In this document: positions 45,668-57,750 of the stretch, piece by piece
How the letters are laid out: each line of letters opens with the position of its first letter
How positions within the stretch are numbered: position 1 is the first letter of the stretch
Origin: Eledone cirrhosa
Taxonomy: Eukaryota
Assembly (NCBI GenBank): GCA_964016885.1
Contig: OZ024740.1
Span: 439,518,001-439,582,000, forward strand
Direction of reading: 5' to 3'
DNA length: 64,000 nt
Translations under genes and position numbers: made by a program
The notes under the pieces: model-generated
What the model was told of the DNA's origin: nothing
Databases searched by the model: none
Seen by the model: only the letters and a program-made list of their open reading frames with translations

Positions 45668-46098
45668 AGAGATAATGATAACAGATGGGCATTTTAATAC
45701 TTAGAAGAAAGAGAGTATCATATTTGTTTGAGAGGTAAAGGACAAGAAAGAATATATTTGAGTTTCTTAAATCTCATCAGCACAGCTTGGTGTATTGAGG
45801 CCAGCAGGGTTAGTTAAACGTATTTACTCAATATGGTAGGCTAAGGAAATCTTCATGAATATCACAGTTTTCTAATTGGTGACACTAAAGTGACAACAAA
45901 GATGGTGTCCCTAGCAGGGATGACATTATATAATGTGTTCTAAGTTGTGACATTTATTAACAAAGACAGTGTCCCTAGCAGAGATAACATATAATGTGTT
46001 CTTATTTGAAGACTGTCGAGGGTGGTATATTCTCAGTAAAATTCCGTAGTTATTTCGAGCAAGCTAAACAACCACGTACACGCCTCTTCCACATTGGG

Positions 46099-47370
46099 TA
46101 TGTATGTTTATATGTGTCTGTTAGAATATGTATGTTTATATATGTTTGTTAGTACACGTATGGTTATATATGTTTTTTAGTATATGTATGGTTATATATG
46201 TTTGTTAGTATATGTATGGTTATATATGTTTGTTAGTACATGTATGTTTATATATGTTTGTTAGTATATGTATGTGTATATATGTTTGTTAGTATATGTA
46301 TGTTTATATGTGTCTGTTAGAATATGTATGTTTATATATGTTTGTTAGTACATGTATGATTATATATGTTTTTTAGTATATGTATGGTTATATATGTTTG
46401 TTAGTACATGTATGTTTATATATGTTTGTTAGTATATGTATGGTTATATATGTTTGTTAGTACATGTATGTTTATATATGTTTGTTAGTATATGTATGTG
46501 TATATATGTTTGTTAGTATATGTATGTTTATATATGTTTGTTAGTATATGTATGTGTATATATGTTTGTTATTATATGTATGTTTATATATGTTTGTTAG
46601 TACATGTATGTTTATACATGTTTGTTAGTATATGTATGTATATATATGTTTGTTAGTATATGTATGTGTATATATGTTTGTTAGTATATGTATGTTTATA
46701 TATGTTTGTTAGTACATGTATGTTTATATATGTTTGTTAGTATATGTATGTGTATATATGTTTGTTATTATATGTATGTGTATATATGTTTGTTAGTACA
46801 TGTATGGTTATATATGTTTGTTAGTATATGTATGTTTATATATGTTTGTTAGTACATGTATGGTTATATATGTTTGTTAGTACATGTATGGTTATATATG
46901 TTTGTTAGTATATGTATGTGTATATATGTTTGTTAGTACATGTATGTTTATATATGTTTGTTAGTATATGTATGTGTATATATGTTTGTTAGTATATGTA
47001 TGTGTATATATGTTTGTTAGTATATGTATGTGTATATATGTTTGTTAGTACATGTATGGTTATATATGTTTGTTAGTATATGTATGTGTATATATGTTTG
47101 TTAGTACATGTATGGTTATATATGTTTGTTAGTATATGTATGTGTATATATGTTTGTTAGTACATGTATGGTTATATATGTTTGTTAGTATATGTATGTG
47201 TATATATGTTTGTTAGTACATGTATGGTTATATATGTTTGTTAGTATATGTATGTGTATATATGTTTGTTAGTATATGTATGTGTATATATGTTTGTTAG
47301 TATATGTATGTGTATATATGTTTGTTAGTATATGTATGGTTATATATGTTTGTTAGTATATGTATGTGTA
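46099..47370. repeat. 28-bp minisatellite (tatatgtttgttagtayatgtatgkkta), about 45 units
   Basis: gtttgttag recurs every 28 nt. Confidence 0.96.
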
Positions 47371-47439
47371 TTTTAAACCTGGAGTAGACCATCCTCTCTC
47401 TTCTGATCTAGACACTTCTACCAGAGAAGCAGAGAGAGA

Positions 47440-47532
47440 GTGTTATGCGCGCGCGTGTGTGCGTGTGTATATGTGTGTGTGTGTGTGGGGGGGGGGGGTG
47501 CGCGTGTGTGCGTGCGTGTGTATGTCTGTGTG
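47440..47532. repeat. Degenerate (GT)/(GC)/poly-G microsatellite
   Basis: Direct reading. Confidence 0.85.
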
Positions 47533-47569
47533 ATAGAATGTGGGAGGAAGATATTGAGGATGAATCTAT

Positions 47570-47665
47570 CCCAGTACTGAACTGGTGATTTGTTATCGAC
47601 CTCGAAGGGAACTAATGCCACAAAGCGTTCTATCTGTCGTTCTAACCACTCTGCCAATTACCATC
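47570..47665 (-). mobile_element. Old, internally deleted copy of the tRNA-derived SINE
   Basis: cccagtactgaactggtgatttgttatcgacctcgaagg and ctgccaattacc resemble segments of the intact copies. Confidence 0.55.
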
Positions 47666-47849
47666 GTTTGTGAGTGCTGAAGGTATACAAATATTGTTTC
47701 TACAATCAATTGTAAGATAAAAAAGGTTTTAACCAAACATAAACAGACTTTACAGTGAACAACAAAACAGCGAACAACGTGTTATCTCCTTATATATTAT
47801 ATTTTTAGAAAACCTTCTTTTACTTGTAACAAATAGGTGTCATTATTTT

Positions 47850-48037
47850 CGGTGGATTGGCAGTATCGGTAGAGGGTCGGACGCCATGCTTTACAGCATA
47901 GTTACGTCCCTTTACAATCTGAGTTCAAATCCCGCCGAGGTGTACTTTGCCTTTCATCCTTACGGGGTCGATAAAATAAAGTACCAGTAATGTACTGGCC
48001 AATTGCTGGCCTTGTGCCTAAAGTAGAAACAATTATT
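47850..48037 (+). mobile_element. Near full-length tRNA-derived SINE (octopus-type, probably Nin-domain)
   Basis: A-box-like tggcagtatcgg, B-box gagttcaaatccc, core gcctttcatccttacggggtcgataaaataaagtaccagt, tail ggccttgtgcctaaagtagaaacaattatt. Several related copies occur in the window. The family name is from recollection. Confidence 0.85.
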
Positions 48038-48604
48038 TTATTGATAAGCGTTTTATTGTTACTACTTAATGTTTGTGGCAGTGCCATTAGATGTTTCAAT
48101 GTGAGGTTGACATAGTTTATAAACAGAGAAGAAAGACAAATATCAACGTTAATAATTTCAACAATAAAGAAAATGGAGGAAGAAAAAATGAAAAATATTT
48201 TCTATATTTTCCTTCACTGTTCTTAAAATAGACACGATAATTTTCATCAGTGTTGAACTCATCAACCCCGTATAGTTATTGCTTTCTGGCAATTATCAAG
48301 AGATATTTGCGCATAAATAAATTTATGTAATTATATCTGGCTAAGCACATGGGAATAGTAATAGTACAATTGAGACAAGTAGAGATCCATTGTGTTACCT
48401 TGCTCACATTCTCAATCAATATAGATGGCATCTATCAGGAAACTGAAGAAGATACGACTGATAGAAGAGAGCAGATCAGTTTGAAACACACAGTAATGTA
48501 TATTTTAACATTTTAATGGTGTCTGTTAAGAAATGTTATCGCTGTTGATATTATAAATGGAGAGACTCCATAAATATTTGGAAACACATATAGAAATATA
48601 CGTT

Positions 48605-48892
48605 CATTTATATAGTATATACATGAGTGTATACACACACGTAAATATAAGTGAGTGTGTATATATATATATACATATATGTATGCCTATACACATACAC
48701 ACACACACATACATGTATATATATATATATATATAACGAAGGAAGTGTGGTAAGGAACCAGGTGGACTGTAAATATATATATATATATATATACATGTAA
48801 GTATGTATGTATGTATACGTACATACATGTATGTATACAGACGTACAGTAGTATGTATATATATACATACATGCACACATATATATATGCAC
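48605..48892. repeat. Compound TA/CA/TATG microsatellite with a short unique insert
   Basis: Direct reading; unique segment at about 48736-48770. Confidence 0.85.
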
Positions 48893-49145
48893 GTATCGGT
48901 TTACCGAACATTTATTATAATGCTCGGTTTGTTTGTTTGTAAATAAACAAACAGCCCGAATTACGCCGTACAGTGTTTAGGCAACCACGTCACCCTTTTG
49001 TTCAACATAATATCATTAAAAATGATATTTTAATACATGTAAATATGTCTGTTTCAGTATCTAACGTATGTTTGATATATGTGAAACTGTGTGTGACTAT
49101 ATATGTATGTACCCATATCTGTATCAACGACAGCTAAAAGTGTAT

Positions 49146-49469
<324 letters not shown>

Positions 49470-49473
<4 letters not shown>

Positions 49474-49914
49474 GAAAAAGTGGAGAATAACATGGTCAAC
49501 AGTACAAAAAAGGGGATTTATTTACAGTCTAACAATTGTTTCACTGATAAAGATGTCTAAAAATTGCTGAACACTAGAAGCAGTGCCACTAAATTTTAAA
49601 TACGATGTTAGCTCGATCAGATCTTCAGAAACTGTTGTTCTAGTGATCAGCAATTTTTAGACATATTTATCAATGAAACAATTGTTAGACTGTAAATAAA
49701 TCCCCTTTTTTGTGCTGTTGACCATGTTATTCTCCACTTATTCAATTTTATTACTCCAAGATAAACTTACATAGGAATGCAAGTGAAATCATATACTCAT
49801 CATCTACGTAAACCTCTTATTGAGTCAAACAACGCGGTACGCTAAAACTATCCATAATAAGAAGTATTCACAACCTCTAACTGGATTACCTATAACGATA
49901 TTTTGTCATCCTTT
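49470..49914 (+). mobile_element. Fold-back insertion (about 110-bp arms) between (TA)n tracts; probable Penelope-like remnant
   Basis: Arms 49470-~49583 and ~49634-49747. Contains GAAACAATTGTT (49675-49686), the same motif as the 49268 element. A unique tail runs to the next (TA)n. Confidence 0.5.
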
Positions 49915-50587
49915 ATATATATATATATATATATAATATATTTAGAAATATGCATGCATGTTTAGAGATGTGCATGACATGACATTTCTTATGCTTATAT
50001 TGTGTATCCTTGCTTATCCAACTTACTGCATGATTGTGTTATTTCAAGTGTCAAAGCTATTAACTATATATGTACTTATTGTATATAGAACCCCTTCATA
50101 TAAGAACTTATATGTTGAGTCCATACTACATGGTACTGTAATTGACTTCATACGATTATAAGTTAAATGTAAGAGTGAACTGTATTCACATATCGTTGGT
50201 ACACAAACCTGATCTAACACTCACCAATACATTCCCCAACAATGAAGTTTCGCAACAGTAAACAAAGTAGTATGTTAAGACCTTCAGTTTTCCATGACCC
50301 AATACAAAAATATACCCTTAAGTGGTTTGTAGCTAATAACATATATCCCACCGCTATCTTGTTTATACTTTTCACGTTGCTTTATAAATCCATCAGTAAT
50401 ATTAATATAAATTTCATTTAATATAAACTCCTTGACTCAATTGAACAATTTGAACTCAATTTCATTGACCATACAAAGCTTTCCAGCATGGTCCATCGAA
50501 TCACACCCCAAAATGTTTTTCTTTATAATATTTCGATACAGAGATATATTGACATGTATATCTCCTCATGTAGTTGGATAATATAAT

Positions 50588-50774
50588 TGTTTCTTCTTTT
50601 GGCACAAGGCTAGCAATTACCCAGTATATTACTGGCACTTTATTTTATCAACCCCGTAAGGATGAAAGGCAAAGTTAACCTCGGCGGGATTTGAACTCAG
50701 ACCATAAAGGGCCGTAACACTTTGCTGCAAAGCATGGCGTCCGACCCTCCACCGATACTGCCAATCCACCGCCC
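50588..50774 (-). mobile_element. Full-length tRNA-derived SINE, tandem copy A
   Basis: Reverse complement of the 47850-48037 family. Flanked by tagttggataatataat. Confidence 0.88.
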
Positions 50775-50795
50775 TATATAGTTGGATAATATAAT

Positions 50796-50981
50796 TGTTT
50801 CTACTTTTGGCACAAGGCCACCAATTATCCCAGTACATTACTGGTACTTTATTTTATCGACCCCGTAAGGATGAAAAGCAAAGTTAACCTCGGCGGGATT
50901 TGAATTCAGTCCGTAAAGGGACGTAACTGTCCTGCAAAGCTTGGCGTCCGACTCTCCACCGATACTGCCAATCCACCGCCC
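50796..50981 (-). mobile_element. Full-length tRNA-derived SINE, tandem copy B
   Basis: As copy A. The same 17-bp direct repeat lies at 50779-50795 and 50982-50998. Confidence 0.88.
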
Positions 50982-51786
50982 TAGTTGGATAATATAATAA
51001 TTCTTGTTTGGTAACTATCTGTCTGAATTATATATATAGAAAAATATCGTTTGAGCAAATATGTTAGCTTCAATGCAGTTTAGTGTATTAGTTTGTGTGG
51101 TTTTATACATGGTCTTCAGAGATAATAACTATGCCTAGATTTGAACCACACTCTCAATGGTTATTTGTCTTGTAGTATATCTAGGAAAAAGACAGCTTAA
51201 CCTAAACACATTTCAACCAGTCGTTTACTTTGTCGCTGTTCACAACACTGAGCTATTTCTTCTGGTTTCTCCTTTCAACTAAGTAAACAATCGTGTTGAA
51301 TATAATGTTTTGACCAGACATAACCGTATTGTACAATTAGAAAACAAATGCACTTGTTATCTATCTGTCACACATTACTATTTTAGGTTTTATTAATGAG
51401 ATATTTTAATGAACTTAAATCAAATGAATTCTTGCATAATTTGGATAACTGAAATTTCAAAGAGATTGAAACCAAGATGCCTTAAATTATTAGATTCTTG
51501 TACACCATTCTTTATGAACCTAAATTATATTATAGCTCTCATTGTTCTCAGTAAAATTATATAAATGTAATTATATCAGCTATATCTATATCTAAGTTTA
51601 TCATATTGGTTACAGTATTGTCGATATGAGAATATTCCTAATAAACTAGAGCCTGGCTCTGATGTTCCGTGTGAAAGCGTGTCTATTTATAGACTTGTCT
51701 TAATACTTCACAATTCAGGCCCTCTTCATAAACAAAATGGTGCTACACAAACATAAATCATTCATATGAGACAACCTTAAAGGTGA

Positions 51787-54700
51787 ATATACCACTGTAT
51801 TTCTCTACCTTAATATACCACTGTACTTCTCTACCTTAAATGTGAATATACCACTGTATTTCTCTACTTTAATATACCGCTGTACTTCTCTACCGTAATA
51901 TACCACTGTACTTCCCTACCGTAATATACCCCTGTACTTCTCTACCTTAATATACCACTGTACTTCTCTACCTTAATATACCACTGTACTTCTCTACCTT
52001 AATATACCACTGTACTTCCCTACCGTAATATACCCCTGTACTTCTCTACCTTAATATACCACTGTACTTCTGTACCTTAATATACCACTGTACTTCCGTA
52101 CCTTAATATACCACTGTACTTCTCTACCTTAATATACCACTGTACTTCCGTACCTTAATATACCACTGTATTTCTCTACCTTAATATACCACTGTACTTC
52201 CCTACCTTAATATACCACTGTACTTCCCTACCTTAATATACCACTGTACTTCTGTACCTTAATATACCACTGTACTTCCGTACCTTAATATACCACTGTA
52301 TTTCTCTACCTTAATATACCACTGTACTTCCCTACCTTAATATACCACTGTATTTCCCTACCTTAATATACCACTGTACTTCTGTACCTTAATATACCAC
52401 TGTGCTTCTCTACCTTAATATACCACTGTACTTCCCTACCTTAATATACCACTGTACTTCCCTACCTTAATATACCACTGTACTTCTGTACCTTAATATA
52501 CCACTGTACTTCCGTACCTTAATATACCACTGTATTTCTCTACCTTAATATACCACTGTACTTCCCTACCTTAATATACCACTGTATTTCCCTACCTTAA
52601 TATACCACTGTATTTCTCTACCTTAATATACCACTGTACTTCTCTACCGTAATATACCCCTGTACTTCTCTACCTTAATATACCACTGTACTTCCCTACC
52701 GTAATATACCCCTGTACTTCCCTACCGTAATATACCCCTGTACTTCTCTACCTTAATATACCACTGTACTTCCCTACCTTAATATACCACTGTATTTCTC
52801 TACCTTAATATACCACTGTACTTCCCTACCTTAATATACCACTGTACTTCTGTACCTTAATATACCACTGTATTTCTCTACCTTAATATACCACTGTACT
52901 TCTCTACCGTAATATACCACTGTACTTCTCTACCTTAATATACCACTGTACTTCTCTACCTTAATATACCACTGTACTTCCCTACCTTAATATACCACTG
53001 TATTTCTCTACCTTAATATACCACTGTACTTCCCTACCTTAATATACCACTGTACTTCTGTACCTTAATATACCACTGTATTTCTCTACCTTAATATACC
53101 ACTGTACTTCTCTACCGTAATATACCACTGTATTTCTCTACCTTAATATACCACTGTACTTCCCTACCTTAATATACCACTGTACTTCTGTACCTTAATA
53201 TACCACTGTATTTCTCTACCTTAATATACCACTGTACTTCTCTACCGTAATATACCACTGTACTTCTCTACCTTAATATACCACTGTACTTCTCTACCTT
53301 AATATAGCACGGTACTTCTCTACCTTAATATACCACTGTACTTCCCTACCTTAATATACTACTGTATTTCTCTACCTTAATATACCACTGTACTTCCCTA
53401 CCTTAATATACCACTATATTTCTCTACCTTAATATACCACTGTACTTCTCTACCGTAATATACCACTGTACTTCTATACCGTAATATACCACTGTACTTC
53501 TATACCGTAATATACCACTGTACTTCTATACCGTAATATACCACTGTACTTCTATACCGTAATATACCACTGTACTTCTATACCGTAATATACCCCTGTA
53601 TTCTCTACCTTAATATACCACTGTACTTCCCTACCGTAATATACCCCTGTACTTCTCTACCTTAATATACCCCTGTACTTCCCTACCTTAATATACCACT
53701 GTACTTCCCTACCTTAATATACCACTGTATTTCTCTACCTTAATATACCACTGTACTTCCTTACCTTAATATACCACTGTACTTCTGTACCTTAATATAC
53801 CACTGTATTTCTCTACCTTAATATACCACTGTACTTCTCTACCGTAATATACCACTGTACTTCTCTACCTTAATATACCACTGTACTTCTCTACCTTAAT
53901 ATAGCACGGTACTTCTCTACCTTAATATACCACTGTACTTCCCTACCTTAATATACTACTGTATTTCTCTACCTTAATATACCACTGTACTTCCCTACCT
54001 TAATATACCACTATATTTCTCTACCTTAATATACCACTGTACTTCTCTACCGTAATATACCACTGTACTTCTATACCGTAATATACCACTGTACTTCTAT
54101 ACCGTAATATACCACTGTACTTCTATACCGTAATATACCACTGTACTTCTATACCGTAATATACCACTGTACTTCTATACCGTAATATACCACTGTACTT
54201 CTCTACCTTAATATACCCCTGTAGTTCCCTACCTTAATATACCACTGTACTTCTCTACTGTAATATACCACTGTACTTCCCTACCTTAATATACCACTGT
54301 ACTTCTCTACCTTAATATACCACTGTACTTCCCTATCTTAATACACCCCTCTACTTCCCTACCTTAATATACCACTGTACTTCTCTACTGTAATATACCA
54401 CTGTACTTCCTTACCTTAATATAGCAATGTACTTCTCTACTTTAATATACCACTGTACTTCTCTACCGTAATATACCCCTGTACTTCCCTACCTTAATAT
54501 ACCACTGTACTTCTCTACCTTAATATACCCCTGTACTTCCCTACCTTAATATACCCCTGTACTTCTATACCGTAATATACCACTGTACTTCTCTACCTTA
54601 ATACACACCTGTACTTCTCTACCTTAATATACCACTGTACTTTTCTACCTTAATATACCACTGTACTTCTCTACCTTAATACACCTCTGTACTTATCTAC

Positions 54701-55277
54701 TGTAATATACCACTGTACTTCCCTACCTTAATATACCCCTGTACTTCTCTACCGAAATATACCACTGTACTTCCCTACCTTAATATACCACTGTACTTCC
54801 CTACCTTAATATAGCACTGTACTTCTCTACCGTAATATACCACTGTATTTCTCTACCTTAATATACCACTGTACTTCCCTACCTTAATATAGCACTGTAC
54901 TTCTCTACCTTAATATAGCACTGTACTTCTATACCTTAATATACCACTGTACTTCTCTACCTTAATATACCCCTGTACTTCCCTACCTTAATATACCCCT
55001 GTACTTCTCTACTGTAATATACCCCTGTACTTCTCTACCTTAATATACCACTGTACCTCTCTACATTAATATACCACTGTACTTCCCTATCTTAATATAC
55101 CACTGTACTTCCCTACCTTAATATACCACTGTACTTCTCTACCTTAATATAGCACTGTACTTCTCTACGTTAATATACCACTGGACTTCCCTACCTTAAT
55201 ACACACCTCTACTTCTCTACCTTAATATACCACTGTACTTCCCTACCTTAATATAGCACTGTACTTCTCTACCTTAA
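51787..55277. repeat. 26-bp satellite (taatataccactgtacttctctacct), about 134 units
   Basis: 26-nt periodicity with variants ctct/ccct/ctgt/ctat and cact/ccct. Confidence 0.97.
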
Positions 55278-55684
55278 AGTCCATGTTCTCATAATGAATC
55301 GGTGGGTCTGCAGCTCGGCACCTGGAGAGGCGTATTCATGTTAAGATGCTTCACGCTTGTTTGGGTTACAGGCAGGTAGCTCTCTTCAGGTGAATAGTAA
55401 CCGGGAGTAAGTTGGATCATAATAGCTAGTCTTGTCCGTATATTGGTTTAGATGTAACGAAAAAGTGAACGTAGTTATAGTCCCCGATATTTATTACCGT
55501 CAAACCCTTTTGCCTTGCCCTAACCTCTAGCATACCTCTTTTGAAAATATTAGGAGACCAATCTACAATAAACTTATATACCCTGTATTCAATACATGTG
55601 GGGAAGTGACGTCCGAACGAGTACCCTCCACCAGCATCTAACATACCCTCCACCAGCAACTAACATACCCTCCACCCCTGGGTC

Positions 55685-56640
55685 CTAGTCGACAGGATGG
55701 AGTACGGCGAGGGAGACATGCTGAAACAGCTACTCCACATCGCGGGGCTCACACCTACAGGCAGCCAGCACCACTCTGATAACAAAGCCTGAATCTGCAG
55801 CATCTGCCGAGATTCCTGGGGAGTCAGAAGGTGGGGTAACTGTCAGTGAGACACGCTGTCTGGCACATCCCATTAAAAAAGCTACAATTTTGAATCAAAG
55901 ACCAAACTCATGTGCCTGACATCTGGAATATTATAAGGCTCATACATACCTGAGAGCCTGGTCACGTGATCTGTGGTATATAAACATTTGACATTCTATA
56001 GAGGCTAGTAGTTGGGAAGGTCGTCAATGTTGTCGAGGATATTATAGGCGTTGATGAAACTGAAGGGAACTTCCAACCTGGACACTGTTGACAACTGAAG
56101 TCACAACATTGTCGCAGCCCTACTAGAAAGTATTTCCGCTCTGGGATAATATAAGCAAGATAACGCCATTATCTGGGCTTGTCAGGAATGATACCAGGGT
56201 AGGAGACCTTTCTACATGCACTCATTCAGTGTCCGAGCATTAATGATTTATGAAATTATGTCGAACAACTGTTGTCGCGTGTAGGACAGATCTGGCTATC
56301 GGTTGAATCCAGAGTTAGGATCATATCACCACCTTTCTTTGGTTGAGAAGGGCATGCAATTTCGCTCCTTCTAGTTTCATGGCAAAAAATATTTAAAGAA
56401 TTGAAGGGAAGCAAGTTATACTTCGTCAAATCCCTCTTTATCTTTTTGAAGTTGTAATTGAAGAAGGTGAGAATGGAGAGGAAGATGTTGCTAGCCAGTG
56501 AATTACCTGAAAGGTAGAGAGACTGGCGAGAATGGGACACGTTAATGAACCTATTCAGCTTGTTCATTTATGCCGGAGAAAACAGATGGGAGAAGTTACT
56601 AGTCCTTAGTAGTTAGGATTACCATGGTTCTAGAGGAAAG
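55685..56640 (-). mobile_element. Heavily decayed CRE-like non-LTR retrotransposon (3' portion)
   Basis: The minus strand near 55690-55775 translates LAACRCEPRDVE*LFQHVSLAVL, homologous to 45329-45454. Upstream relics resemble 'WD', 'PG..A.AA' and 'SLPFR' motifs. GC content is higher than the flanks. Boundaries are approximate. Confidence 0.5.
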
Positions 56641-56799
56641 AGAAGGTACCAGCCCTTAATAATCAGGGTAATCTTGCTTCAGTAGGGTTCCTCAAATCAC
56701 CCTACATGGCCACCCCTTTTAGGGAAGTCTCATTTTATTCATTTTATAATAGATTCTGCAAACACTCCTTCATCAGTTGCCCTTGTGACAGGTAAAATA

Positions 56800-56868
56800 C
56801 ATCATCATCTTCATCATCATCATCATCATCATCATCCTTATCATTATCATGAACATCATCAACATTAT
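56800..56868. repeat. (CAT)n microsatellite
   Basis: Direct reading. Confidence 0.9.
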
Positions 56869-56996
56869 TCTTTGTTATTTTATTTCAACCTCTGTTTTTT
56901 TTACACGCAGAAATGCCCATCTGTACCGTTCTGTATTGTCCTGTACTGTCCTTAATGTCTACTTTATGTGAACCCTTGTGGTTAATAAAGAAAACA

Positions 56997-57523
56997 TTAT
57001 TATTATTATTATTGTTATTGTTATTCCTTGAATCTCAGTCATTGATGTTGGTTAACTGGAAAGTCCGTTGGATTGAATATCAAGCCACTACCTGCAGCCT
57101 CAGATATTCAGGACGTATCGGAGGGTTCTTGCTGTTCCAAGCAAGCATGCCTTTTGAAGCGTTCCAAAAAGCGTGAAGGGGCCGATTTTCTTTAACCATC
57201 CCTGGAAACTTTTGGAGATAGTCCCCAGTGCGCCTATGACAATCGGGATCACTTTGACTTCATGGCAGTTCCAAATCCTTTTCACCTCCCACTTTAGGTC
57301 CTGGTATCGGTTAATTTTCTCCCTCTCCTTCTCTTGCACTCTCGTGTCGAAAGGGCAGGCCACATCCACAATCAGGCACGATCTTTTTTCTTTGTCCACA
57401 ACCATCAGGTCAGGTCTATTGTGTTCCAGTTTTTTGTCCGTCTGTATCCTAAAATCCCACAGCACCTTCACCTGATTGTTCTCCATCACCGCCTCTGGCC
57501 TATGCTCATACCATTTCTCAGAA
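56997..57523 (-). mobile_element. 5'-truncated R4/Dong-like non-LTR retrotransposon (family A) with an (AAT)n tail and a TSD of at least 20 bp
   Basis: Contains the RLE ORF 57100-57489. tgtggttaataaagaaaaca is duplicated at 56977-56996 and 57524-57543. Confidence 0.85.
57100..57520 (-). pseudogene. Restriction-like endonuclease (RLE) domain fragment
   Basis: LWDFRIQTD...NRPDL...IVDVACPFD...EKINRYQDL...IPIVIGALG: PD-(D/E)xK RLE motif of R4/Dong elements. Confidence 0.88.
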
Positions 57524-57544
57524 TGTGGTTAATAAAGAAAACAA

Positions 57545-57607
<63 letters not shown>

Positions 57608-57750
57608 AGCTGCATTTATCTTGCTTTATGTTCATACGAGTTATCACCAAGTTACAACCAGTGACCTCAAGAGACAACAAAGTCCGCCATGTTCAAGAAA
57701 GAACATACATACTCACACATGCATCTTTAGTGTTTAGACTTGTGATGTAC

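Noticed and set aside
45893-46005. Two-copy ~65-bp direct repeat (aacaaaga..gtgtccctagcag..ataatgtgttct)
   Set aside because: Ordinary local duplication with no further structure.
47850-47935. Possible tRNA gene (A and B boxes)
   Set aside because: No full cloverleaf, and it continues into a SINE body found in several copies.
48895-49030. Small hairpins (tcggtttaccga; gtttgtttgt/ataaacaaac; aatatcatt/aatgatatt)
   Set aside because: Short and low-complexity; not distinguishable from chance in AT-rich DNA.
55426-55659. 77-aa ORF next to the CRE-like relic
   Set aside because: No recognisable motif. Probably decayed repeat sequence; I could not assign it.
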